A stretch of DNA of 61,745 nt from Phycisphaerales bacterium (GCA_038251595.1 JBBSBC010000001.1:1-61745); one strand, 5' to 3'. Shown: positions 1 to 9,385, counted from the first letter of the stretch. Made by a program: numbers and translations. Notes: a model not told the origin generated them from the sequence alone.

Positions 1-386
1 ATCTGCTGTATGCGCTGGTGCGGATTCGGAGCATCTTCCGCAAGGCCGAGAGTGGGGGGGGTGGAGGGGGTGGGGGGGGTGGGGGGCCGGCGGTGAAGAC
101 CGGCGCGATCATCATTGCGGCACCTGAGGAAAAAGCACTGGCCCTCACGCTCTTGCGCTACCCCGGGGTCGTGCGCAGCGTGGCGCAGTCGCTCGAACCG
201 CACCGCTTGTGTCAATACCTGTTTGATGTGGCGGGCGCGTTCAGCTCGTTCTTCACCAACTGCCCGGTGCTGCAAGCGCCTGATGAAGCGACCAAGCACT
301 CACGACTGCGGTTGTGCGCCATCACCGAGCGGGTGCTGGCGGAGGGGCTGGGGCTATTGGGGATCAAGACGCTGGAACGGATGTAA
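1..386 (+). CDS. argS: arginyl-tRNA synthetase, C-terminal fragment (5' end lies outside the window)
   Basis: The frame is open from the window edge. LLYALVRIRSIFRKA...HRLCQYLFDVAGAFSSFFTNCPVL...RLRLCAITERVLAEGLGLLGIKTLERM* matches the DALR anticodon-binding domain and the typical ...ERM terminus of ArgRS. It carries an 11-Gly insert encoded by G-runs at 54-86. Confidence 0.9.
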   Translation, partial: LLYALVRIRSIFRKAESGGGGGGGGGGGPAVKTGAIIIAAPEEKALALTLLRYPGVVRSVAQSLEPHRLCQYLFDVAGAFSSFFTNCPVLQAPDEATKHSRLRLCAITERVLAEGLGLLGIKTLERM

Positions 387-498
387 ACGAGCGGCGTGCG
401 AGGTACGCAGGCGAGTTGTAGTGTTCCGTTCTTCGATGGGTGCGGATCGTGATGAACGCACCGAGGCCGAAAGCGCCGCTGCATGGGCTGGGGACCGC

Positions 499-1614
499 TC
501 ATGCTATCCGGAATCCGAACTCGAGCGTAGGCACATGCGGGAGTTCTCCACCTCTGTTGATAACTCGATCGGTGAGCGATGCTTGGCCAATACCTCCAGT
601 CCAGTGTGACCCATCGAACAACCGGTACCGTTCTCCACTCGAAAGCTCTCGTACGCTCTCAGTCCACTCCGCTGTCCCACCAGCAGTGTCGAACAACCCC
701 CACGGGCTTTGCGCAACATTCTCATAACTTCCCAGCGGGACTGCAAATGGCGATTGTCCCTGAAAGTTACGATCATCCCAGCCCGCGTTCGCTTCGGTCG
801 GCATTCCGTTCACCATTGCTCCCGGCGGCCCATAGATCAGCGCTCGATCAGCGCGCCCGTTCGCATTTTCCCACCACCCGCCCGTCGAGCCATCCGGATT
901 CACCTTATTCGGGTCAAAGTGCGAAGCCTCGAGCCACTCATTCCATGTTGGTATCCAGTATCGCGCCCCCGGGGTGTGCGCCTCCTGGTCGGTGAAGATG
1001 TTCCCGAAGAATCCAAACGTACTCACATCGTAAGCACCGCTGAGAAAAGCGCTTCGCTCCGTGCTTTTGTTGTTAGGCAGCCAGTTGCAATAGAGCGCCG
1101 CCATGCGCCATGAGATATCGCCGACAGGGAGCATCTCGTTGCCCGCTGGCACGCGCCAGCGTCGCCCTCCGGCGGTGTTGGGCGTCGTGGGCACCGCGCC
1201 CCAGTGGTCGGAGGGGACGAGTTGAGGGATGCGGTCGTCGGCAGGGCGGTCGTAGGCCGCGTTGAAGAACTCCGCCCACTGAGAGGTGGTGACCTCGAAT
1301 CGCCCGATGCTGTATTCGTGATTGACCCTTCCCCGCCCGTTCACGAACGAGTTGGGTGTCGGGTCCGAGTACGGCGCATTCCCCACCCCGCCGTACGTCG
1401 CCCCGATGCGCACGAAGTCGATGCCGCTGGCGGGATCGATATCGGCGTGGACGCATGGCGCGGAGAGCAGGAGTGCCACAAGCTGGCCCGCCCACTTGTG
1501 CGGCCCGTTGAGTGGCCCGTTGAGTGGCCCGTTGAGTGGCCCGTTGAGCGGCCCGTTGAGTGGCCGCCTGCTGATCATCCGCCGATAACACACACACCAG
1601 CACCCGATCGTCAT
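499..1614 (-). CDS. secreted FGE-sulfatase (SUMF1/EgtB/PvdO, C-type-lectin-like fold) domain protein
   Basis: Family motifs are YSIGRFEVTTSQWAEFFNA, ISWRMAALYCNWL, YWIPTWNEWLEA, GLFDTAGGTAEWTE and the C-terminal GFRIA. The N-terminus has a hydrophobic signal-like segment LVALLLSAPCVHA after a (PLNG)5 repeat. An alternative start is M13 at 1578. Confidence 0.8.
   Translation of the reverse strand: MTIGCWCVCYRRMISRRPLNGPLNGPLNGPLNGPLNGPHKWAGQLVALLLSAPCVHADIDPASGIDFVRIGATYGGVGNAPYSDPTPNSFVNGRGRVNHEYSIGRFEVTTSQWAEFFNAAYDRPADDRIPQLVPSDHWGAVPTTPNTAGGRRWRVPAGNEMLPVGDISWRMAALYCNWLPNNKSTERSAFLSGAYDVSTFGFFGNIFTDQEAHTPGARYWIPTWNEWLEASHFDPNKVNPDGSTGGWWENANGRADRALIYGPPGAMVNGMPTEANAGWDDRNFQGQSPFAVPLGSYENVAQSPWGLFDTAGGTAEWTESVRELSSGERYRLFDGSHWTGGIGQASLTDRVINRGGELPHVPTLEFGFRIA
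1502..1566. repeat. 12-bp tandem repeat GGCCCGTTGAGT, 5 copies plus a partial copy; on the minus strand it encodes (PLNG)5
   Basis: Read directly: five consecutive 12-mers with one T>C variant, inside the N-terminal region of the FGE-fold gene. Confidence 0.95.
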
Positions 1615-1726
1615 GAGCCGACCTCCTTCCGGTCAGCTCTCTCCAGGCCGCGCTGAGTCTACACCACGCTGGCCGCGGCGGCCATTATGCCTGCGGCGGG
1701 TCCGCCAAACGAACAAGCAAAACGAA

Positions 1727-1754
1727 CAAGGCCCCCGCCGAAGCGGGGGCCTTG
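1727..1754 (-). terminator. rho-independent terminator downstream of the porin gene
   Basis: Perfect 12-bp stem CAAGGCCCCCGC/GCGGGGGCCTTG with loop CGAA. On the minus strand it is followed by the T-rich TTGTTCGTTTTGCTTGTTCG. It lies 32 nt after the porin stop. Confidence 0.8.
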
Positions 1755-1785
1755 TGATGAACAGGTCAGATGATCGCGTTCAGGA

Positions 1786-3054
1786 TCAGAACAGGAGCTG
1801 GAACTGAGCGCGGATCGTGATCTCGTTCTCTTCGCTGTCGCCGAGGAGGCCGATGGCGGTGTTGGGGAGAACGCTGAGGTTGGAGGTATCGTCGAAGGAC
1901 CATACGACGTCGAGGGTGCCCTTGGCGGCGTGGCCGGCCCAGTATTGGTTGAAGCCAGCGGTCAGGAAGTTGAAGTTATCCTCGCCGCCGGTAAAGCGGT
2001 CCGAATCAGCGATGATGAGGTCGTAGCGGGCGAAGACTTCGGTGTTCTGGGCGAAGCGCCAGCCACCCTGGACAACGATGCCCGAGTCGTAGAGGTCGGT
2101 ATCGGAACCGGCGTTGCGGAACTGGCTGTAGCGGCCGATGTAGGCGCCGAAGACGTTCCACGAGTCGCCTTCGAGGCTGGCATCAACCGTAAACTCGCCC
2201 GTCTGGCGATCGAAGTCGGAGGCGGCGGCGGTGTTGGCCGACTGCTGCCAGTGGCCAGCGACGCCGACGAGTGCGCCGAAGTCCTGACCCTTCTCGCTGG
2301 TGAAGTCCTCGAACATCTTCCAGTTGCCGCTGAAGAGGTACTCGAAGCGGGCGGTGAAGGCGTAGTCTGCCTCGCCGGTGTTGTTGAACTGGCCGGTGTT
2401 GGTGTAGATTTCGTTGTTGGTGAAATCGGTGTTGCGGGTGCCAAGACCGTCGGAGAAGGCACCGGAGAGACGCCATGCCTCGGCCTCGTAATCAAGGCTG
2501 ATTCCCTGGCTGTAGTCCTGGGTGAAGGCGCTGTTGGTGACCGAGCGATCGGCGGCGAGCTGCTTGGAGTCGCTGACGAGCTCTTCGCGGAGGAGGGGGA
2601 GCTTGAACTGGCCAACCGTCAGGCGGACGCCATTGGCAAACTTGTAGCCAGCAAAGCCGTAGTCAAGCTGGAAGTTGCCGTTCTCGCCACGCTCGAACGC
2701 GCCGCGGACGTTGAAGAACCAATCCTTGTTGATGTCGCCGGAGAAGGCGAGCTTGGCGCGACGGATCTGGAAGCCGGGCTCGAACTCGTTGTTGGTGGTG
2801 TCCTCATCGCGGAAGTTGGCGATGTAGCGGGACTGAAAGATACCGCTGACATTCAGGCGGTAGCCATCACCGGAGATGAAGAAGCGGCCGTCGTGGCCGG
2901 CATCGCCAGCGGCGAGCAAGCTGGAGCGGGTTTCCGCGTCGGCCATGGCCTCGGCGACAATCGAGCGGACTTCATCGTTCTGAGCGAAAGCGGCGGTCGC
3001 GCTCAGGCTCAGTGCCGCACCTGCGAGCAAAACAAGACTCTTGGACTGACCCAT
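1786..3054 (-). CDS. phosphate-selective porin O/P (OprO/OprP) family outer-membrane beta-barrel
   Basis: Signal peptide MGQSKSLVLLAGAALSLSATAAFAQ. The FQIRRAKLAFSG motif is typical of the Porin_O_P family. Alternating beta-strand pattern and a terminal ...FQLLF. The start at 3054 is preceded by AAGGAG. Confidence 0.8.
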   Translation of the reverse strand: MGQSKSLVLLAGAALSLSATAAFAQNDEVRSIVAEAMADAETRSSLLAAGDAGHDGRFFISGDGYRLNVSGIFQSRYIANFRDEDTTNNEFEPGFQIRRAKLAFSGDINKDWFFNVRGAFERGENGNFQLDYGFAGYKFANGVRLTVGQFKLPLLREELVSDSKQLAADRSVTNSAFTQDYSQGISLDYEAEAWRLSGAFSDGLGTRNTDFTNNEIYTNTGQFNNTGEADYAFTARFEYLFSGNWKMFEDFTSEKGQDFGALVGVAGHWQQSANTAAASDFDRQTGEFTVDASLEGDSWNVFGAYIGRYSQFRNAGSDTDLYDSGIVVQGGWRFAQNTEVFARYDLIIADSDRFTGGEDNFNFLTAGFNQYWAGHAAKGTLDVVWSFDDTSNLSVLPNTAIGLLGDSEENEITIRAQFQLLF

Positions 3055-3261
3055 TCTGAGACTCCTTAACTGGTTAGCTAACCGAACCGTTCTCGTCTTG
3101 GCGCGGATACTTGGGCCGAAACTGCCTGATTCAACCCCCGACCAGATGCAAACCCGAATCTGGAACTGCATCTGGAAAGGACTTGGAGCAGGCTATGAGC
3201 GGCATTCCGCGTCGTTTATCAACCGTCCGCACAAATGGAAGGGCCTCCAAGGCCACATCCC

Positions 3262-3299
3262 GGACTTTTACTTTGAGGACTTTTCAGGTGGACTTTACA
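3262..3299. promoter_or_regulatory. three direct repeats GGACTTT(T)(A/C)(C/A) in the divergent porin/response-regulator intergenic region; candidate regulator binding sites
   Basis: GGACTTTTAC at 3262, GGACTTTTCA at 3277 and GGACTTTACA at 3290. Further CGGACT cores occur at 3331, 3621 and 3715 in the same 800-bp gap. The function is inferred only. Confidence 0.3.
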
Positions 3300-3874
3300 A
3301 GTGAAACGTGGCATCGGCCCAATCGGCCGTCGGACTACACAAACCTGATCGACACAAACACGAAACTGGTCACAAAGGGGTGCTCTTTACCACGGTCTGA
3401 AACGAACCGTGGCTGTGCTTCAAACTCTTCACTGCACCCTTGGATGATCATCGACGGGCGTGGATATGAAAGCCGGATGCTGCCTCATGCTGGTTGTGTA
3501 GGATTGGCCGCAGATCTCCGAAACTGGGCCAAGTGGGTAATCGAGTGGGGGACCGAGAACGTAGGTTTGTTTCTCGGTGGAGCGGATGATACCCCTCGTG
3601 GCTAGCAAACGCAAACTCTCCGGACTGGGATTTTTTCGGCCGACCGACCACCCCTCCGCCAACTTTGATCGGAGATTGGGGCAAGTATTCAAAAAACTGG
3701 CGAGAGCAGGTTTCCGGACTTTGGGGGTGCGTGTGGAGGAGTCATCATCTTGACACAACCTTTGCGAAGTGGTGGAGTGCGTTTGGACCGAAGGGCTGCT
3801 AGAACATTGGGCGCGCGAAACGCTCCCGTTTTGGAACTTGCACCACTTGTCGTAAGTGTTTGGGGTATATAGAG

Positions 3875-4609
3875 ATGGCAACGCCGAAGCAGGTATTGGT
3901 CGTCGAAGACGAAGCCGATTTGGCCGACCTGATGGCGTACAATCTTCGTCGCGCTGGGTACGAGGTTGAAGTTGCACGCGATGGAGCGACCGGTCTTCGG
4001 CAGGCAATCGAGACCCCCCCGGAACTAGTTATTTTGGACGTTATGCTTCCGAAGCTGACGGGCCTGCAAGTGGCCCGCGAACTGCGAACAAACCCGAAAA
4101 CCGCCTCGATCCCAATCATGATGGTGACGGCGAAGGCGGAGGATTTGGATCAAATTGCGGGTTTGCAGGTTGGGGCGGATGACTATGTGACCAAACCGTT
4201 TTCGATGAACGTGCTGCTGGCGCGGGTTGACGCGTTGTTGAGGCGGTCGAAGGGGAGTGGGGGAAGTGCTGGTGAAGGTGATGTTGTTGAGGTGAGGAAT
4301 GTTCAGGCGGACCTCGCCACGCATGAGGTGCGGGTGGGGGGGGAGCCGATCAAGCTGACGCTGACGGAGTTCAGATTGCTGGTCGCGATGATTCGGGGTA
4401 AGGGGAAGGTTCTGAGCCGCGAAGACCTTATGTACACGGCGATGGGGCCGGACATTGTGGTCACGAGCCGGACGATCGATGTTCACATGGCCTCGATCCG
4501 CAGGAAACTTGGGGCTTCTGGGGTGATGATCCGCACGATCCGCGGGGTGGGGTATCTTCTGGATGAGAAGGCCGAGGCGGATGAGACGGAGACGGCCGAT
4601 CGGGTGTAA
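3875..4609 (+). CDS. OmpR/PhoB-family response regulator (receiver plus winged-helix domain)
   Basis: VLVVEDEADLADL...ELVILDVMLPKLTG...MVTAKAEDLD...GADDYVTKPFS is the receiver domain. LTLTEFRLL...RTIDVHMASIRRKL...IRTIRGVGY is the trans_reg_C domain. A TTG at 3860 is an alternative start. Confidence 0.9.
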   Translation: MATPKQVLVVEDEADLADLMAYNLRRAGYEVEVARDGATGLRQAIETPPELVILDVMLPKLTGLQVARELRTNPKTASIPIMMVTAKAEDLDQIAGLQVGADDYVTKPFSMNVLLARVDALLRRSKGSGGSAGEGDVVEVRNVQADLATHEVRVGGEPIKLTLTEFRLLVAMIRGKGKVLSREDLMYTAMGPDIVVTSRTIDVHMASIRRKLGASGVMIRTIRGVGYLLDEKAEADETETADRV

Positions 4610-4637
4610 CCGGCCGGGGGTCTTGTCACGTTGAAGA

Positions 4638-6173
4638 ATGGCGGATCGGATGCGGATAGATGGACCAACCAAGGTCTCGGTGGTCGCGTTTGGCGCGATG
4701 GGGTTTTTGGCCGCGCTTGGGGTGGTGGGAGCTGTTGGTACTGGAACATGGGCCACGGTTCAGGTTGGACTGAGCGTGGCATCGGCGGGCGTGTTTCTGC
4801 TGAAGGCGCGTCGGCGCGGCGTGGTGCTGGCGCGGATGGAGCGCAAGGCACGCAGTCTTTTGAAAGTGACGTTGCCGTTTGGCACGGAGCCTGAGCCGGG
4901 GAATGTTGGCCGCGGCGATGAGCCGGCGGATCTGGATGGATTGCGAGCGGCGATCGATGGGCTTGGGAGGCGGGTCGAGGATCAGGTGAAGGAGGTCGCG
5001 AAGAAGACGCGGAATCTTGAGGCCCTGATCGCGGCGATTGATGAGCCACTGCTTGCGACGGATAACGATGAGCGCGTGCTGCTTTGCAATCGGTCGGCGG
5101 AGGCGATCTTCGGCGATTCGATCGGGGCGGGAGGGGGAGGGGCGGTAGAGGGTGCGGAGATTGTGGGGCGGCGGATAAGCGAGGTGTTTACGCACGCGGA
5201 ACTGATCGAAATGCACAGCGCCGCGCGGCGGGGGGAAGTTCGAAGGTCGCGTGTGCCGCTGGTGACACCGCTTGGTCGGCGCGTGTATCAGGTGTCGGCA
5301 TCGCCGGTGCCTTTGGCGTGGGGCGAGGGTGTGTTTGGCGCGGTGATGCTTCTGCGCGATGTGACCGAGCTTGATCATGCGGTGCAGATCAAGTCGGAGT
5401 TTGTGGCGAACGCCTCGCACGAGCTGCGCACGCCGGTGGCGGCCATACGTGGCGCGGCCGAGACGCTGGAGTTGGCGGTGCGTGATGATGTGGTGATGGC
5501 CCAGCGGGTGGCGCGCATGATCGTTGCGCACGCGGGGCGGCTGGAAGAGTTGCTGCGCGACTTGTTGGACCTGACGCGGCTGGAATCACCGGATGTGCCG
5601 CTGCGGATTGAGGCGGTGGACCTTGGTGAGATCGAGCGTTCGCTGCGGATGCTGTTTGAAGGTGTGTGCGCGGAGCGGAACCTGAAGCTGGTGTTTGAGA
5701 TTGATGAGGATCTGGTCGGCGCGATGGGGCTGAAGACTGATCGCAAGTTGTTGATGCTGATTGCGCGGAACCTGGTCGAGAACGCAACGAAGTTTGCGCA
5801 TGAAGATACAGAGGTTCGGATCGCGGTGACGATGGTGGAGGCGGAGATGCCGAGTGCGAGGGGTGTGCCGCACGGAGGTGCGTGGGGCGCGACGCGCGGT
5901 GTGATTCGCTGGGAGGTTTCGGACCGAGGGATTGGCATTCCGCTTGGGCAGCAGGATCGCGTGTTCGAGCGGTTTTATCAGGCCGATGCGGCGCGCACGG
6001 GGAGCGCGAAGCGGGGCACGGGGCTTGGGCTGGCGATCGTGAAGCACGCGGCCAAAGCGCTCGGTGGCCGGGTGGGACTGAAGAGTGTTTGGGGACAGGG
6101 CACGACGGTGTGGGCCGAGATTGCCGTTGAGTTTGCGCGCAGTGGAGAGGAAGGGACCAGGCGGGTGGGCTGA
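4638..6173 (+). CDS. PAS-domain sensor histidine kinase (PhoR-like architecture)
   Basis: N-terminal TM segments and a PAS-like region. The H-box is [23 protein letters not shown]. The HATPase N/G boxes are [16 protein letters not shown] and [11 protein letters not shown]. It lies 28 nt downstream of the regulator gene. Confidence 0.9.
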   Translation: MADRMRIDGPTKVSVVAFGAMGFLAALGVVGAVGTGTWATVQVGLSVASAGVFLLKARRRGVVLARMERKARSLLKVTLPFGTEPEPGNVGRGDEPADLDGLRAAIDGLGRRVEDQVKEVAKKTRNLEALIAAIDEPLLATDNDERVLLCNRSAEAIFGDSIGAGGGGAVEGAEIVGRRISEVFTHAELIEMHSAARRGEVRRSRVPLVTPLGRRVYQVSASPVPLAWGEGVFGAVMLLRDVTELDHAVQIKSEFVANASHELRTPVAAIRGAAETLELAVRDDVVMAQRVARMIVAHAGRLEELLRDLLDLTRLESPDVPLRIEAVDLGEIERSLRMLFEGVCAERNLKLVFEIDEDLVGAMGLKTDRKLLMLIARNLVENATKFAHEDTEVRIAVTMVEAEMPSARGVPHGGAWGATRGVIRWEVSDRGIGIPLGQQDRVFERFYQADAARTGSAKRGTGLGLAIVKHAAKALGGRVGLKSVWGQGTTVWAEIAVEFARSGEEGTRRVG

Positions 6174-6201
6174 GTTGCTGTGGCTTGTTCGTCGGCACGG
6201 G

Positions 6202-7269
6202 TCAATCTGAAGTGTTGCTGAAGTCGTAGCCCTTGATGCCGTTGCGGGTCCAGCGGTAATAGCCGCCGACGATGTCGGCGGGACGACCGCTGAGGGTTGG
6301 CGGATCAAACCCGCGCCAACTGGTGGTGGTGGGGTTGTAGTTGTGTGTGAAGGGGGTCATGTTGGTGGGGTTGTTGGGATCAAATCCGGGGCGCGCTTTG
6401 CCGGAAGTGCAGAGGCGGACCGAACCATCGAAGAAGGCAAGGGGCTGGCGTGCGGTGGGGTAGCCGAACCAGGCCATCTTCTTGGAAGCGTGGCGATCGA
6501 ACTCATCGAAGAAGGCGACCTTCTGCGTGGGAAAGAGGACTTCGTCGAAACGACGCAGGCCCATTTTTGCGAAGGTGCTGTTGTTGGCACTGAGGTAGAA
6601 GAGGTGGTGATCGTTGGGGTCTTGATAGAAGGTGATGGCCGCGCCGACTTTCTGATCGGCCGAATAGGCGGCGGGGACCATCTGGTAGGTTGACCAGTAG
6701 GCGAACATGCGGATGGAAGCTGGGGGCGGAAACTGCGGAACGATGCTGGCGCCAAGAGCCTGGATCTGCGATGGGCGCGTCTTTTGCCAGATCAGCGGCA
6801 GGCGGTCTTCGGGGCAGATCAGACTGGGAGTGGTGGCGTTCTGATCGGCGTAGTGCCCGCCGACCATGAGGACGAGGTGCCAGTAGTTTCGGTCGTAGAC
6901 GCGGCCGTAGGCGCGCGGGAGTTCGGCGGCGTTGTGTCCGCTCATGCGGCGTGCGAAATCGACTGCTTGATCGGCGTGAACATCCATGCGGCGTGTGGCC
7001 TGCGTGGTGGTGAGGTCTGGATAGGCATCGCTGGCCCAACCCGGCTGGGCGGTGAAGTTGCCGATCGAGCCGCGAGAATCGCCGTTGTAGGAATAGAGGG
7101 CGATGGCGAGCTGTCGCATGTTGCTCATGCAGATGTCGGTCCGTGCCGCCTTGCGCGCGCCAGCGAGGCCGGGGAGCAGGATGGCGATTAGCAGCGCGAT
7201 GATGGCGATGACCACCAGCAACTCGATGAGTGTGAAAGCGGCAGCACGGACGATGAGGTGACGATTCAT
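6202..7269 (-). CDS. prepilin-type N-terminal cleavage/methylation domain protein (DUF1559-like pseudopilin)
   Basis: N-terminus [35 protein letters not shown]. The C-terminal FFDGSVR motif is typical of planctomycete DUF1559 proteins. Confidence 0.85.
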   Translation of the reverse strand: MNRHLIVRAAAFTLIELLVVIAIIALLIAILLPGLAGARKAARTDICMSNMRQLAIALYSYNGDSRGSIGNFTAQPGWASDAYPDLTTTQATRRMDVHADQAVDFARRMSGHNAAELPRAYGRVYDRNYWHLVLMVGGHYADQNATTPSLICPEDRLPLIWQKTRPSQIQALGASIVPQFPPPASIRMFAYWSTYQMVPAAYSADQKVGAAITFYQDPNDHHLFYLSANNSTFAKMGLRRFDEVLFPTQKVAFFDEFDRHASKKMAWFGYPTARQPLAFFDGSVRLCTSGKARPGFDPNNPTNMTPFTHNYNPTTTSWRGFDPPTLSGRPADIVGGYYRWTRNGIKGYDFSNTSD

Positions 7270-7508
7270 GGGAATACCTCGATCAGGCGCGATCAGATTC
7301 TCGCGGGTTCGTGGTGGAAAACGGGCGCGACACCACAGGGCACGAATTAATCACGAGTTATTCAGTATAACTCGGTTCGACAGATGTGGTAGCAGTAATT
7401 CCATGTCGTTTGGGGTGGAGTTTTGTGCAGAAATGGCCGCGGAGGGAGGTTTGACCGAGAGAAAATTTCTGAGGGGTTCGAGCATGATCGGTATTTATAC
7501 GTATTTTG

Positions 7509-7964
7509 TCAGTTATCTGGAAGGGGCGCGAAATCTACGCCGCGAAGTTGTTTGAGGCGGTTGGCGAGCGCGATGAGGAACTTGCGCTCATCGGGCGGAT
7601 CGCCGAAGCGACCGAGGTTGGCGGTGAGCTGGATGGAGGTTGACTCGGAGATGCCGGGGTTGGTGCGCTCGGCGAGAAGCGAGCCGGATTCACCATCGAA
7701 CTGGCGGAGGGTGATGCGTTGGCGAAGGTTGGATTCGTCGATGCTTGAGGTGACGACGGCGTGAATGGACACGACGGCGAAGCGGGATGCGGCGTCGATG
7801 TCGTTCCAATCGGCGATGATCGTGAGGGTGCTTGGACCTGTGATGACCGCGGGGGTTGTGGACTTGGGCGAGTGGACAGCCGAGCATGCGGGCGCGAGCG
7901 CGATGAGCGCGGCAGCGATGATGCGGGAGAGCAAGTGAGCGGGGAATGGAGGTGCTTTGGGCAT
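7509..7964 (-). CDS. hypothetical lipoprotein
   Basis: Signal peptide plus lipobox: ...AAALIALAPAC. No recognisable family. Confidence 0.55.
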   Translation of the reverse strand: MPKAPPFPAHLLSRIIAAALIALAPACSAVHSPKSTTPAVITGPSTLTIIADWNDIDAASRFAVVSIHAVVTSSIDESNLRQRITLRQFDGESGSLLAERTNPGISESTSIQLTANLGRFGDPPDERKFLIALANRLKQLRGVDFAPLPDN

Positions 7965-8109
7965 GGTTGGGCAGGTTGGGAAGGGGTGGACGAGCGGGGC
8001 GACGTGCCCGAATTCAATTTGCGGCGGATCGTCGGCGGTCTGTCTAAGGTTTTGATGGTCAAGTTCGGGATTGCACGAATCGGGCGGGTTCTGACTGGGA
8101 CACAGTCTG

Positions 8110-8205
8110 TTGGCGTGTGTCGGCGTGGTTGTTGGCGTGGTTGTTGGCGTGGTTGTTGGCGTGGTTGTTGGCGTGGTTGTTGGGGCGATTGTTGGGGTGG
8201 TTCTG
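8110..8205. repeat. 12-bp tandem repeat GGCGTGGTTGTT: 5 perfect copies at 8122-8181, flanked by 3 degenerate copies
   Basis: Read directly. The array ends at the GGAG Shine-Dalgarno sequence 2 nt before the phoH ATG at 8210. Confidence 0.95.
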
Positions 8206-8209
8206 GAGT

Positions 8210-9385
8210 ATGGCGGGCGTGGAATTCAGCATTAAAGTGCCGCAGGGGGCTGAGCGTGTGACGATGCTCGGCATGGGTGATCGCAACCTGAAGATTATCC
8301 GGGAAGCGCTCGGCGTGCGGGTGCTTGCGCGTGAAGGGCAGGTGCAGGTGTCGGGTGAGCGGGGTCCGGTTGCGGCGGCTCGGAGTGTGCTTGAGCGGCT
8401 GGGTCAGGCGGCTGAGCGCAACGAGCACATGACCAGGCAGCAGGTTCTGGACCTGATCACGCAATCGACGATGGGGCGGGTTGGTGGAGGTGGTGGGGGT
8501 GGTGGGGGTACGGAGGCACCGGTGTTTGGTCGAACCGGGAGCACCGGGCGGCATGAGCGTGATGAGACCGAAGACTGGAACGATGGTGTGGATCAGGGGC
8601 CGCTGTGGGAAGAGCACCTGGATGTGTATGTGGGTGGTCACGCGGTGCGTGCCAAGACGGCGAACCAGCAGCGGTATCTGGATGCGTTGCGGGATAACGA
8701 TCTGGTCTTCGGGATCGGCCCTGCGGGAACGGGCAAGACGTACCTGGCGGTGGCGGCGGCGGTTCATATGTTGAAGCACGAGCGGGTGAAGAAGGTGATC
8801 CTGGTGCGGCCTGCGGTCGAAGCGGGCGAGCGGCTGGGCTTTCTGCCGGGAGACTTGCAGGCGAAGGTGAACCCGTATCTGCGGCCGCTGTTTGATGCGC
8901 TGCACGACATGATGGACTTCGGGACACTGAAGCGGTTCATGTTTAACGATGTGGTGGAAGTTGTGCCGCTGGCGTACATGCGCGGCAGGACGTTGAACCG
9001 AGCGGTGATTATTCTGGATGAGGCGCAGAACACGACGCGCGGGCAGATGCTGATGTTTCTGACGCGGATGGGTCATGGATCAAAGATGATTGTGACGGGC
9101 GATACGACGCAGATCGATCTGCCCGACCCAACCGAGAGCGGGCTGATCGATTCGGTTCGACGATTGCGGCGGGTTCGGGGCATCGGGTTTTGCACGATGG
9201 ATAAGTACGACATTGTGCGACACCGACTGGTGCAGCGGATCGTGGAGGCGTATGCGGGTGATGCGCCGGGTGCGGAGGAGACGTTACAGTCGCGCGAAGT
9301 AGCCGAGTTGGTTGGGAAGATCAGGCCCGGAAGTGGGGAAAGGGCGGAGTTGGCGGACGGATCGCAGACCGATGAAATGAAGTGA
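8210..9385 (+). CDS. phoH: PhoH-like ATPase (YbeZ type, with N-terminal KH-like domain)
   Basis: Walker A is GPAGTGKTYLAVAAAV. Followed by ILVRPAVEAGERLGFLPGDLQAKVNPYLRPLFDAL and VIILDEAQNTT. Contains a poly-Gly insert (G8) at 8478-8509. A GTG at 8117 would add a repeat-encoded (AWLL)5 N-terminus. Confidence 0.9.
   Translation: MAGVEFSIKVPQGAERVTMLGMGDRNLKIIREALGVRVLAREGQVQVSGERGPVAAARSVLERLGQAAERNEHMTRQQVLDLITQSTMGRVGGGGGGGGGTEAPVFGRTGSTGRHERDETEDWNDGVDQGPLWEEHLDVYVGGHAVRAKTANQQRYLDALRDNDLVFGIGPAGTGKTYLAVAAAVHMLKHERVKKVILVRPAVEAGERLGFLPGDLQAKVNPYLRPLFDALHDMMDFGTLKRFMFNDVVEVVPLAYMRGRTLNRAVIILDEAQNTTRGQMLMFLTRMGHGSKMIVTGDTTQIDLPDPTESGLIDSVRRLRRVRGIGFCTMDKYDIVRHRLVQRIVEAYAGDAPGAEETLQSREVAELVGKIRPGSGERAELADGSQTDEMK

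Noticed and set aside
499-1614. The FGE-sulfatase/C-type-lectin-fold protein as the variable protein of a diversity-generating retroelement.
   Set aside because: This fold is the commonest DGR target. However, I found no reverse transcriptase ORF and no second copy (template repeat) of the 3' ~130 bp anywhere in the window. The region upstream of the window is unseen, so this is not excluded genome-wide.
3111-3605. A 164-aa ORF inside the porin/regulator intergenic region.
   Set aside because: The translation has no signal, motif or hydrophobic pattern. The region has lower GC without codon-position bias that I could see. The region is better explained as regulatory or non-coding.
7374-7382. 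GGTTCGA-type T-loop-like strings (for example 7374, 9165, 20603) checked as possible tRNA or tmRNA genes.
   Set aside because: No complementary acceptor stems or cloverleaf arms surround them. Two of the three lie inside or at the end of protein-coding sequence.
8110-8205. Tandem repeat arrays (1502-1566, 8110-8205, 25755-25799, 58505-58552, 61615-61704) considered as possible CRISPR arrays.
   Set aside because: The units are 6-15 bp and directly adjacent, with no unique spacers. There are no cas genes in the window. They are minisatellites, mostly in-frame coding repeats.
7535-9076. Very long ORFs antisense to, or out of frame with, recognised genes. Examples: 7535..9076(-), 9824..11317(-), 4626..5531(-), 22536..24416(+), 34755..35978(-), 50555..51814(+), 54492..55652(+), 15514..16569(-).
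   Set aside because: Their translations are Arg/Pro/His/Ala-rich low complexity with no motifs. Each lies opposite a gene with strong family signatures. Long spurious ORFs are expected in high-GC DNA because stop codons are rare.
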